DNA of 64,000 nucleotides from positions 32,715,842 through 32,779,841 of the forward strand of contig CM102164.1 of the NCBI GenBank assembly GCA_046562895.1. The letters run 5' to 3'. The position numbers were made by a program, and so were the translations under genes. The stretch is from Trichechus inunguis. Lineage: Eukaryota. Below are positions 11,701 through 24,349 of this stretch, one piece after another (position 1 is the stretch's first letter; the number at the start of each line of letters is the position of its first letter). The notes under the pieces were generated by a model, which saw only the letters and a program-made list of their open reading frames with translations, did not search any database and was not told where the DNA came from.

Positions 11701-13610
11701 CAGTATTATTGCTTCTGTAAGTCTAATTGAATGCAAACTTATATATAGTTCTCTCTGTCTGTCTCTCTCAGATTCCTTGAGTTAAAGCACAATAAAGAGT
11801 CCCAAGTCTAAACTAATAAATCAAATTTATATTGACCCACTTTTGGTATGTACATAAATTCATCATTTATTAATCTCGCTTCTGGAAGTCAGGTTAAAAG
11901 GAACAAGGTAGAGTATTCATTAAAATAAATCAGTAATAAAAAATAAAAACACATACACTTATTAAACACAATGTGTAAAACTGATCTCATTACCTTCCCC
12001 ACCAAACTGTTTCCTCCTGTGTTCCTTGTTTCAGTCAGCCATGGAGGAGATCTGGGAGTCATTCTCATGTCTCCCTTTCCTCTCCTCCATTTCCCATATT
12101 CAATTAGTTGTCTGTTGAATTTTCCTACTAAACATCTGTGAAATCTGCCCCATGCCACTCCCTATTCTATAGCCATTAATCTAATTTAGGACCCATCATT
12201 TATTCCCTTGACACATTAATGTGGAATAGAAGGCCTTCCAAGGCTGGCCCTGCTTACTCTATCGGTCTCATATTACTTTCTTCCTTCCACGTCATATCCC
12301 AAAAAGCCTAAACTATTTGTATTTCTCAAAAACACAATGCCATTCCATTTGTTTGCTTGATTTTTAAAAAATATTTTAAAAGTTTTAGCTTAAGCATCCC
12401 TTCATCTAAGAGAAGACTAAAGCTTTCCCTGCCATTCCCCAGGAAAGGTTAGGTGTCATTTTTTATGCTCCCATGGCAACCTGTACATATTTGTCTCATT
12501 CTCATAACTTTTAGTATACTGTTTAGAAAGATAGAGGTTTAGTTTGTAATCCCCAATATTTAAGCAGGGAAGTAACAGAAAAGGATAGATAAAGAGTTAA
12601 TGGGAAAATAAAGAGAAAGCAAGGCTGGAGAGAGTGCCCTAGCTAGGGCCACTTCCATCCTCCTAATTGCCAGACTAAACGACAGTGTTTCTAAGACCTA
12701 ATTTATGTGACCAGTTGACCATTTTCTTCCTGGAACACCTAGACTGACTAATTTATCACCTTAACCTTATACTATTAGATCCAATATGACAGTCTCTGCC
12801 TTTTAACTGGTCTAAACAACCATTAAATGGTCTAAACAACCATTTACAATTAATGTAATTACCAATATGGTTTGATTCATATCTACCATTTTGCTAGTTG
12901 TTTTCGTCCCGTTTTTTTCTTTCTTCTTTTGCCTTTTTTTGTACTGAATATTTTATGATTCCATTTTATCTCTATTATTGGCTTATTTATTGCATCTCTT
13001 AAAAATTTTTGGTGGTTGGTCTAAAGTTGCCCTTTACCATATGGTAGACTCTAGCCACGTGTGAATATTTAAATTAAATAAAATTAAATGTTTACATGTG
13101 GCTATTGGCTAACTTACTGGATAGCAAACATTTTTATCATTGCAGAAGGTCTATTGGTCAGCACTACTTTAAGGTTTACAATATACATCTTTAACTTATC
13201 ACAGTCTACCTTCAAATAATATTATACTTCACATATAGTGTAAGAACTTTATAAGAGTGTGCTTTCATTTACTTCCTTCCACATCCTTTGTGCTACTGTT
13301 GTACATTTTACTTCTTCATACGTTATAAATCCCACAATATATTTTTGTTATTTTTGCTGTACATATTCAGTTATCTTTTAAAGCAATTAAAACTAAGAAA
13401 AAAACTGTCTTGTCTATTTACCCTCATTTTTACTATTCCTGGTGTTCTTTATTTCTTTGTGTAGACCCACATTTCCATCTGGTACTATCGTCCTTCTGCT
13501 TGAAGAATTTTTTTAAACGTTTCTTTTTGTGAAAGTTTGCTGGCAAGGAATGCTCTCAGGTTTTATCTGACAAAGTATTTCACCTTCATTTTTTAAAGAT
13601 ATTTTTTCCT

Positions 13611-14010
13611 GGAGTTCCTGGGTGGTGCAAATGGTTAATGCACTTGGCTGCTAACTGAAAGGCTGGAGGTTTGAGTCCACCAAGAGGCACCTTGGAAGAA
13701 AGCTGCAATCTCTACTTACCTCCATCTATACTGTTTTTCTACACAAGTTTTCTGACATTCAATCACAAATTCTAAAAAACACCAAAAAAGCCGGGAAAAA
13801 AAAAATAAAAGACCCATTGTCAAGAGATAAAACAATTAACAGGACCAGGATTCAGAGATAACCGTGTGTTTTATTTTAGATAATTTCTATTGATCTATCT
13901 GCAAGTTGGTGACCTACTGAAAAATCAGCCATTGAAAACCCTGTGGAGCACAGTTCTACTCTTACCCACATGGGTTGCTATGAGTTGAAATCAACTTGAT
14001 CACAACTTTT
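13611..14010 (+). mobile_element. AfroSINE copy split by an A-rich insert of about 190 bp. It could instead be two adjacent fragments.
   Basis: The head runs from 13611 to about 13718 (ggagttcctgggtggtgcaaatggttaatgcacttggctgctaactgaaagg). The tail runs from 13911 to 14010 (gacctactgaaaaatcagccattgaaaaccctgtggagcacagttctactc...ggttgctatgagttgaaatcaacttgatcacaac). Confidence 0.6.
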
Positions 14011-14029
14011 TTTTTCCCTTTTGTTTTAT

Positions 14030-16631
14030 TTTTTTATTATTGTGCTTTAAGTGAAAGTTTACAGTTAAAGTTAGTCTCTCATACAAAAATTTACACATAC
14101 ATTGTTATGTGACCCTAATTGCTCTCCCTGTACTGTGACAGCACACTCCTCCATTCCACCCTGGATTTCCCATGTCCGTTCAACCAGCTCCTGACCCTCT
14201 CTGCCTTCTCATCTCGCTTCTGGACAGGAGCTGCCTATGTAGTCTCATATATCTACTTGAGCTAAGAAGCACATTCTTCACAAGTATCATTTTATGTCCC
14301 ATAGTCCAGTCTAATCTTTGTCTGAAGGGTTGGCCTCGGAAATGGTTTTAGTTTGGGGTTAACAGAGAGTCCGGGGGCCGTGTCTTCTGGGGTCCCTCCA
14401 GTTTCAATCAAACCATTAAGTCTAGTCTTTTTACTAGGATTTGAGTTCTGCACCCCACTTTTCTCCTGCTCCATCAGGGACCGTCTGTTGTGTTCCCTGT
14501 CAGGATGGTCATTAGTGGTAGCCAGGCACCATTTAGTTCTTCTGCTCTCAGGCTGATGAAGTCTCTGGTTATGTGGCCCATTTTGTCTATTAGGCTAATA
14601 CTTTCCTTGTGTCTTTGGTGTTCTTCATTCTCCTTTGTTCCAGGCAGGTTGGCACCAATGGATGCATCTTAAATGGCCGCTTGCTAACTTTTAAGACCCC
14701 AGACACCACTCACCAATGTGGGATGCAGAACATTTAAAAAAGTTTGTTATGCCAGTTGACCTAGATGTCTCCTGAAACCATGGTCCCCAGACCCCTGCCC
14801 CTGCTACTCTGTCCCTCGAAGTGTTTGGTTGTATTCAGGAAACTTCTTAGCTTTGGATTAGTCCAATTGTAGCTGACTTCCCCTGTAGTGTGTGCTGTTC
14901 TTCCCTTCACCTAAGATAATTCTTGTCTACTATCTAGCTAGTGAATACCCCTCTCCCTCCCTCCCCACCCTCGTAACCATCAAAGAATGTTTACTTCTGT
15001 GTTTAAACCTTTTCTTGAGTTCTTATAATAGTGGTCTTATACAATATTTGTCCTTTTGCGACTGACTAAATTCACTCAGCATAATGCCTTCCAGATTCCT
15101 CCATGTTATGTTTCACAGATTCATCGTTTTTCTTTATCGTTGCATAGTATTCCATTGTATGAATATACCATAATTTGTTTATCCATTCGTATGTTGATGG
15201 GCACCTATATTGTTTCCATATTTTTGCTACTGTGAACAGTGCTGCAGTGAACATGGGTGTGTGTATATCTATCCATGCGATGGCTCTTATTTCTCTAGGA
15301 TATATTCCAAGGAGTAGGATTGCTGGATCATATGGTACTTCTATTTCTAGCTTTTTGAGGAAGCGCCAAATTGATTTTCAAAGTGGTTGTACCATTTTAC
15401 ATTCCCACCAACAGTGTATAATTGTTCCAGTCTCTCCACAGCCTCTCCAACATTTATTATTTCATGTTGTTTGGATTAGTGCTAGCCTTGTTGGGGTAAG
15501 ATGGTATCTCACTGTAGTTTTGATTTGCATTTTTTAATGGCTACTGATAGTGAGCATTTCCTCATGTGTCTGATACCTGCCTGAATATCTTCTTTGGCAA
15601 AGTGCCTGTTCATATCCTTTGTCCATTTTTTAATTGGGTTGTTTATCTTTTTGTTGTTGAGGTTTTGCAGTATCTTGTAGATTTCAGAGATTAGATGCTG
15701 ATCAGATTTGTCCTAGCCAAAACTTTTTCCCAGTCTGTAGGTTGTCTTTTTACTTTTTTGCTGAAGTCTTTTGATGAGCATAAGTGTTTGATTTTTAGGA
15801 GCTCCCAGTTATCTAGTTTCTCTTCTGGTGTTTGTGCATTGTTACTTATGGTTTGTATTGTGTTTATGCCATGTATTAGGGCTCCTAGAGTTGTCCCTAT
15901 TTTTTCTTCCATGAACTTTATCGTTTTAGATTTTATATATAGGTCTTTGATCCATTTTGAGTTAGTTTTTGTGCATGGTGTGAGGTATGGGCCTTGTTTA
16001 ATTTTTTTCAGATGGATATCCAGTTATGCCAGCACCATTTGTTAAAGAGACTGTCGTTTCCCCAATTAACGGACTTTGGGCCTTTGTCAAATATCAGCTG
16101 CTCATAGGTGGATGAATTTACATCTGGATTCTGAATTGTGTTCCACTGGTCTATGTATTTATTGTTGTACCAGTACCAGATTGTTTTGACTACCATAGCA
16201 GTATAATAGGTTCTAAAATCAAGTAGTGTGAGGCCTCTCACTTTGTTCTTCTTCTTGAGTAATGCTTTACTTATCCGGGGCCTCTTCCCTTTCCATATAA
16301 AGTTGCTGAGTTTTTTCTCCATCGCATTAAAAAATGCCGTTGGAATTTGGATCGGGATTACATTGTAGCTGTAGATCGCTTTGGGTAGAATTGACATTTT
16401 CACAATGTTGAGTGTTCCTATCCATGAGCAAGGTATGTTTTTCCATTTATGAAGGTCTCTTTTGGTTTCTTGCAGTAGTGTCTTGTAGTTTTCATTGTAT
16501 AAGTCTTTTACGTCTCTGGTTAGATTTATTCCTAAGTATGTTATTTTCGTGGAGGCTATTGTAAATGGTATTCATTTGGTGATTTCCTCTTCGAAGTTCT
16601 CTTTGTTGGTGTAGAAGAGTCCAACTGTTTT
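14030..16631 (-). mobile_element. L1 copy A. It is 5'-truncated and consists of the 3' UTR plus the C-terminal half of ORF2. It belongs to the subfamily whose 3' UTR lacks the internal duplication.
   Basis: A poly-T tract at its low-coordinate end is the poly-A tail in reverse. The 3' UTR is homologous to the other copies, and reverse-strand ORF fragments carry L1 ORF2 C-terminal motifs (for example ORF 16008-16403). Confidence 0.8.
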
Positions 16632-19600
16632 TTTTTTTTTTTTAATTGTACTTCAGGTGAAGGCTTACAGAACAAATAGTTTCTCATGAAACAGTAGTAC
16701 ACATATTGTTTTATGACATTGCTTAACAACCCCACAACACGTCAACCCTCTCCCTTCTCGAGCCTTTTTTTTTTGGTGAAAATATACATAGCCAAAGATA
16801 CACCATTTCAAAAATTTCTACATGCACAGTTCAGTGACATCGACTGCGCTCTTCCAGTTGTGCTGCTATTCTCACTTGAGATGAAGGCTTACAGAACAAA
16901 ATAGTTTCTCATTAAACAGCTAGTATACATGTTGTCCTATGACAATGGTTAACAACCTCACAACACATCAACACTATCCTTACTCAACCTTGGGTTCCCT
17001 ATCACCAGCTTTCCTGTCCCCTTCTGCCTTCTGGCCCTTGTCCCTGGACTGCTGTGCCTCATTACTCCCATTTGGTTTTATGGGTCTGTCCACTCCCCGA
17101 CTGAATGGTGAACCTCGGAAATGACTTCACGACTGAGCTAAAAGGGTTTCTGGGGGCCATACTCTCGGGGTTTCTCCAGTCTCCTTTAGGCCAGTAAATC
17201 TGGTCTTTTTTTTTTGTGAGTTAGAATTTTGTTCTACATCCTTCTCCGGCGCTGTCCAGAACCCTCTGTTGTGATCCTGGTCAGAGCAGTCCGTGGTGGT
17301 AGCCGGGTACCATCTAGCTGTACTGGACTCAGTCTGGTGGAGGCCTTGGTAGCTGTGGTCCATTAGTCCTTCGGACTAATCTTTTCCTTGTATCCTGTTC
17401 TCTTCATTCCCCCTTGCTCCGGAAGGGGTGAGACCAGTGGAGTATTTTAGATGGCTGCTCACAGGCTTTTAAGACCCCAGACTCTACTCACCAGGGTAGA
17501 ATGTAGAACATTGTCTTTATAAACTGTGTTATGCCAGTTGAGCTAGATATTCCCCGAGACAATGGTCCCCAGAGCCCTCCGCCCAGCAATTCAGTCCCTC
17601 AGGGTGTTTGGATGTGTCTATGGAGCTTCCATGACCTTTACTTGTACAAGTTGTGCCCGCTTCCCCAGTATTGTGTACTGTCTCACCCTTCACCAAAGAT
17701 ACCACTTATCTATTGCCTATTTAGTATTTCCCCCCACCCCTCCCATGCCTCGTAACCAACAAAGGTTGTTACTTTTTGTGTGTAAACTTTTTCATGGGTT
17801 TTTGCAATGGAGGTCTCATACAATAGTTGTCCTTTTGTGATTGACTTATTTCACTCAGCATAATATCCTCCAGTTTCATCCATGTTAGCAGATGCTTCAC
17901 AGATTCATCATTGTTCTTTATCATTGTGTAGTACTCCATTGTGTGTATGTACCATAGTTTGTTTATCCATTCATCTGTTGATGGGCATCTAGGTTGTTTT
18001 CATCTTTTTGCTATTGTGAACAATGCTGCCATGAACATAGGCGTGCATATGTCTATTTGAGTGACGACTCTTATTTCTCTAGGATATATTCCTAGGAGTG
18101 GAGTTGCTGGATGGAATGGTATGTCTATTTCTAGCTTTCTAAGGAGGCGCCATATCCTTTTCCGAAATGGTTGTATCATTTTGCATTCCCACCAGCAGTG
18201 CATAAGAGTTCCGATCTCCCCACAGCCTCTCCAACATTTTTTATTTCCAGTGTTTTTGATTCGTGCCAGTAATGCCGGGGTGAGATGGTATCTCATTGTG
18301 ATTTTATTTTGCACTTCTCTAATGGCTAGTGAATGCGAGTATTTCCTCATGTGTCTGTTGGCCATTTGAATGTCTTCTTTGGTGAAGTGTCTGTTCATTT
18401 CCTTTGCCCATTTTTTAATAGGATTATTTGTCTTTTTGTTGTAGAGGTATTGGATTTTTTGTAGATTATGGAGATTAGACCTTTGTCTGACTTGGACTGT
18501 CCAGAAATTTTTTTCCCAGTCTGTAGGTTCTCTTTTTACTCTTTTGGTGAAGTCTTTTGAAGAGCATAGGTGTTTGATTTTTAGAAGATCTCAGTTATCT
18601 AGCTTATCTTCTGGGGTTTGTGTGTTGATGGTTTGTATCCTGTTAATGCTGTGTGTTAGGGCCTGTAGTGTTGGTCCTATTTTTTCATCTATGAACCTTA
18701 TAGTTTTTGGCTTTATATTTAGGTCTTTGATACATTTTGAATTAGTTTTTGTATATGGCATGGGGTATGGGTCCTGTTTCATTTTTTTGCAGATGGATAT
18801 CCAGTTTTGCCAGCACAATTTGTTAAAAAGACTGTCTTTTCCCCATTTGATGGACTTTGGGCCCTTGTCGAAGATCAGGTGACCATAGGTAGATGGATTT
18901 ACATCTGGTTTCTCAATTCCATTCCATTGGTGGATGTATCTGTCATTGTACCAGTACCAGGCTGTTTTGACTACCGTAGTTGTATAGTAGGTGCTGAGGT
19001 CAGGTAGTGTGAGTCCTCCTACATTATTTTTCTTCTTCAACAGTGCTTTACTTATTCAGGGCTTCTTCCCTTTCCATATAAAGTTAATGATTAGTTTTTC
19101 CATCTTTTTAAAGAATGTTGTTTGTATTTGAATCGGGTTTGCATTATATTTGTAAATTGCCTTGGTGGAATTGTCATTTTCACAATGTTGAGTCTACCTA
19201 CCCATGAACATGGTATGTTTTTCCATTTATTTAGATCCCTTTGGGTTTCTTGCAGTAGTGTTTTGTAGTTTTCTTTGTATAGGTTGTTTATATCCCTGAT
19301 TAGATTTTTTCTTAACTATTTTATTTTTTTAGGGGCTTTTATAAATGGTATTGTTTTCCTGATTTCCTTTTCATCGTTCTCTTTATCGGTGTATAGGAAT
19401 CCAACTGATTTTTGTATGTTTATCTAGCATCCTGCTACTCTGCTGAATTTTTCTACTAGTTTCAGTAGATTTCTCACGGTGTCTTTAGGGTTTTCTATGT
19501 ATAGTGTTACATCATCCGCAAACAGGGACGGTTTAACTTCTTCTTTACCAATTTGGATGCCCTTTATGTCTTTTTTTGCCTTATTGCTCTAGCTAGAACT

Positions 19601-20935
19601 TCAAGCACAATGTTACGTAGGAATGGTGTTAAAGGGCATCCTTGTCTTGTTTCTGTTCTCAAGCGGAATGTTTTCAGTCTCTCTCCATTAAGAATGATGT
19701 CGGCTGCTGGTTTTGCATAGATCCCCTTTATTTTGTTGAGAAATATCCCTTCTATACCTATTTTATTGAGAGTTTTTATCAGGAATGGGTGTTGGACTTT
19801 GTCGAATGCCTTTTCTGTGTGAATCGAGATGCTCATGTGATTCTTGTCTTTCCTCTTATTTATGTGGTAGATTACGTTGATTGATTTTCTAATGTTGAAC
19901 CATCCTTGCATACGTGGTATGAGTCCTACTTGGTCGCGGTGTATTTTTTTTTTTTTTTTTTTGATATGATGCTGAATTCTATTGGCTAGAATTTTGTTGA
20001 AAATTTTTGCATCTATATTCATGAGAGATATTGGTCTGTAATTTTCTTTTTTTGTGGTGTCTTTGCCTGATTTTGTTATCAGGGTTATGCTGGCTTCATA
20101 GAATGAATTCAGAAGTGTTGCTTCCTTTTGTATGTTGTGAAGTAGTTTGAGTAGTACTGGTACAAGCTCTTGTCTGAATGTTTTGTAGAATTCTCCAGTG
20201 AAGCCATCTAGGGCAGGGCTTTTTTTTTGGTTGTGAGTTTTTTAATTACCTTTTTAATCTCTTCTTTTGTTATAAATTTATTTAGTTGTTCTTCCTATGT
20301 TTGTGTTAGTTTAGGTAGGTAGTGAGTTTCTAGAAATTTGTCCATTTGCTCTAGGTTTTCAAATTTGGTGGCGTACAATTTTTCATAGTATTCCGTTATG
20401 ATTCTTTTATTTTCAGGTGGGTCTGTTGTGATATTGCCCATCTCATTTCTTATTCGGGTTGTTTGCTTCCTCTCTTGTTTTTCTTTTGTCAGTTTGGCCA
20501 GTGGTTTATTGATTTTGTTGATCTTTTCAAAGAACCAACTTTTGGTCTTGTTAACTCTTTCAATTGTTTTTCTGTTCTCTATTTCATTTAATTCTGCTTC
20601 AATTTTTATTTTTTCCTTTCTTCTGGTGCCTGAGGGCTTCTTTTACTGCTCTCTATATATTTGGGTTGTAAGGTTAATGTTTTCATTTTGGCACTTTCTT
20701 CTTTTCGGATGTATGCATTTATTGCTATAAATTGATTTCTGAGCACTGCTTGTGCTGTTTCCCAAAGGTTCTGGCAGGATGTGTTTTCATTCTCATTTGA
20801 TTCTGTGAATTTCCTTATTCTGTCCTTAATTTCTTCTATAACCCAGTAGTTTTTGAGCAAGGTGTTGTTCAGTTTCCATGTATTTAACTTTTTTCCTTGC
20901 TTTTTCTGGTATTGATTTCTCCTTTTATGGCTTTA
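16632..20935 (-). mobile_element. L1 copy B. It has a poly-A tail, a 3' UTR with an internal duplication of about 230 bp, and ORF2 running from the C-terminus through the RT domain to the region upstream of RT.
   Basis: Poly-T at 16620-16640. Reverse-strand ORFs 18000-18398, 18591-19040, 19564-20022 (RT) and 20606-20860 all carry clear L1 ORF2 similarity. The homology is lost at about 20935. Confidence 0.85.
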
Positions 20936-22205
20936 TGGTGAGAAAAGATGCCAGGTTGTTAGAGCTGTTACTAGGTATGTGAGCCCAGGAGTCTGTGTAC
21001 TTTTCTTCTATGAATTTAGCTTAGGTGTCCCGGTAGTTAATCACCCAGTGTGTGTTGCAGGCTCTCAACTACAGTCCTAGAGAGGCATGGGTGATTGGTG
21101 TAGACACAGGTATCTGGCTACAGTAGGGGGTCACAGGCTGAGCAAGGCAGTGGGCTGACGGCTGCCCTTGAGTGTCTGGGAGGAAAACCTGTCCCTGTTC
21201 CCTTGAGCGCAGAGGTGGGTGGGTTTTGCAGCTGGACTGTGAGCACCCAATGCTGTTCGATTGAAGGACTGGGGTGCACCACTTATTCCTGAACCCCTAT
21301 CGCAGGTGGCAAGGTGGTGTTGGTGGAGCCACTAGTACTCAGGCCCCTGATGTGGGCAGGTGAGGAGCTGCTTAATGGGCAGAGCTGTGTCACATGTCAC
21401 GAACATGCCACTTCACCATATAGCTGATACAGTTGAAGTTAGACTTCAGGTATATACCCTGTTGTATGGTGGTACTGAGGGCCTAAGCTGTTGATACGGG
21501 CCTACACAAGTCTATGCAGTGGTGAAAGCATTCAAAGTCTGTGGACACCTTATGCCTGTGCCTAGGCAAAGGAGCTGTTCCTACCCTGAGTTCCTGGCTT
21601 AGGGGAGCCGGCAGATTATTTTTCCTGTTTGTTAATTTGTTCTCTCTCCAAGGCTGGGAGATAGGCTCAGGGCGTGTGAGGGGTCCTACTTCCAGCCCAG
21701 GGGAGTCAGCAGTTGCTGAAATGGCCTGGACCCGGTGCAGAGTGGCGAGGGAGGAGGTAAATGGGAGAGAGGTTTTTCCCAAAGTGGGTGTTTTTTGATT
21801 CACCCGGTAGGCCAGATGCAAGTATTTATCTTTTGCCAAGTGAGCATTGCTGTTCACTGGTTCTGGATGCCTGAGTAGACTCTCAGCCTCTATGTCTCTC
21901 CGGATGTGTAAAACGCCTTCCGAATGCCACTGCTGGCCTCACTGTGCATGCGAGCCAATCCTGCCTGAAGGGAGCTGGCTCCCACATAGTCAGGTCTTCA
22001 TTGCTTCCGAACCATCTCTCCCTCCCCTGGCTACTCAGTCTGATTCCCCAGCTTTGCCTTTGATGTTCAGGGCTCCTAGATTGTCATATATATTTGATTC
22101 ACTTGTGTTTTTTGGATCTTTGTTGTGAGAGGGACCACAGGAAGCGTCTGACTACTCTGCCATCTTGGCCTTGCCTCCCCGTTTTATCTTTTAACACTTA
22201 ATTTT

Positions 22206-23058
22206 TTTTTACTTATTTTTTTTTAAATGCATTTTTTTTTTTTAAATTGTACTTCAGGTGAAGGCTTACAGAACAAATAGTTTCTCATGAAACAGTAGTA
22301 CACATACTGTTTTATAATGTTGGTTAACAACCCCAAGACATGTCAACCCTCTCCCTTCTTGACCTTTTTTTTTTTTTGGTGAAAATATACATAGCCAAAG
22401 ATACACCATTTCAAAAATTTCTACATGCTCTGTTCAGTGACATCGACTACGCTCTTCCAATTGTGCTGCTATTCTCACTTTAGATTAAGGCTTACAGAAC
22501 AAAATAGTTTCTCATTTAACAGTTAGTACACGCGTTGCCCTATGACAATGGTTAACAACCTCACAACACATCAACACTATCCTCCCTCAACCTTGGGTTC
22601 CCTATCACCAGCTTTCCTGTCCCCTTCTGCCTTCTAGTCCTTGTCCCTGGACTGCTGTGCCTTATTAGTCCTGTTTTGTTTTATGGGGCTGTCCAATCCC
22701 CAGCTGAATGGTGAACCTCGGAAGTGACTTCACCACTGAGCTAAAAGGGTGTCTGGGGGCCATACTCTCAGGGTTTCTCCAGTCTCTTTCAGGCCAGTAA
22801 ATCTGGTCTTTTGTGTGTGTGTTAGAATTTTGTTCTACATCCTTCTCCAGCTCTGTCCAGAACCCTCGGTTGTGATCCTGGTCAGAGCAGTCAGTGGTGG
22901 TAGCTGGGCACCATCTAGCTGTACTGGACTCAGTCTGGTGGAGGCCTTGGTAACTGTGGTCCATTAGTCCTTTGGACTAATCTTTTCCTTGTATCCTGTT
23001 CTCTTCATTCTCCCTTGCTCCCAAAGGGGTGAGACCAGTGGCATATCGTAGACGGTAC
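22206..23058 (-). mobile_element. L1 copy C. Only the 3' UTR is present, with the internal duplication.
   Basis: Poly-T is followed by ttgtacttcaggtgaaggcttacagaacaaatagtttctcatgaaacag, and the copy ends gtgagaccagtggcatatcg. Confidence 0.75.
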
Positions 23059-23059
23059 T

Positions 23060-24345
23060 TTTTATTTTTTATTTTATTGTTGTACTTTAAGTGAAAGTTT
23101 ACAATTCAAGTTAGTCTCTCATGCAAAAATTTATACATACATTGTTATGTGACCCTAATTGCTCTCCCTATACTATGACAGCAGACTCATCCTTTCCACT
23201 CCGGATTTCCCATGTTCATTGAAACAGCTCCTGACCCTGTCTAACTTCTTATCTCACCTCCAGTCCGAAGCTGCCCATTTAGTCTCATGTGTCTACTTGA
23301 GCTAAGAAGCACACTCTTCACAACTATCATTTTATGTCCCATAGTCCAGTCTAATCTTTGTCTGAAGAGTTGACCTCCAGAATGGTTTTAGTTTTGGGCT
23401 AACAGAGAGTCTGGGGGCCATGTCTTCTGGGGTCCCTCCAATCTCAATCAAACCATTAAGTCTGGTCTTTTTACTAGAGTTTGAGTTCTGCACCCCACTT
23501 TTCTGCTGCTCCATCAGGGACTGTCTGTTGTGTTCCTTGTCAGGGCAGTCATTGATGGTAGCCAGACACCATCTAGTTCTTCTGGTCTCAGGCTGATGCA
23601 GTCTTTGGTTTATGTGGCTCTTTCTGTCTCTTAAGCTAATACTTTCCTTGTGTCTTTGGTGTTCTTCATTCTCCTTTACTGCAGGTGGGTTGAGACCAAT
23701 TGATGCATCTTAGATGTCCGCTCGCTAGATTTTAAGACCCCAGACACCACTCATTAAGTAGGTTGCAGAACATTTTCTTAATAACTTTGTTATGCCAATT
23801 GACCTAGATGTCCCCTGAAAGCATGGTCCCCTGACCCCTGCCCCTGCTACTCTGTCCCTCCCAGTGTTTGGTTGTATTCAGGAAACCTTTTAGCTTTGGT
23901 TTAGTCCAGTGGTGCTGACATCCCCTGTAGTGTGTGCTGTCCTTTCCTTCATGGAAAATAATTCTTGTCTACTTTCTAGTTAGTGAATAACCCTCTTCCT
24001 CCCTCCCCACCCTCGTAACCATCAAAGAATGTGTCCTTCTGTGTTTAAACCTTTTCTTGAGTTCTTATGATAGTGGTCTTATTCAATATTTGTCCTTTTG
24101 CGACTGACTGAATTCACTCAGCATAGTGCCTTCCAGATTCCTCTATGTTATAAGATGTTTCATGGATTCATCGTTGTTCTTTATTGTTGCATATAGTATT
24201 CCATTGTGTGAATATACCATAATTTGTTTATCCATTTGTCCATTGGTGGGCACGTAGGTTGTTTCCATATTTTTGCTCTTGTGAACAGTGCTGCAATGAA
24301 CATGGGTGTGCATATATCTATTTGTGTGTCTTTTAGCAGTTTATT
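23060..24345 (-). mobile_element. L1 copy D. It is of the same subfamily as copy A and consists of the 3' UTR plus the extreme ORF2 C-terminus. It is truncated where the next copy is inserted.
   Basis: It begins tttattgttgtactttaagtgaaagtttacaattcaagttagtctctcatgcaaaaatttatacatacattg. The ORF at 23332-23514 is about 85 percent identical to the one at 14292-14474 in copy A. Confidence 0.75.
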
Positions 24346-24349
24346 TACT

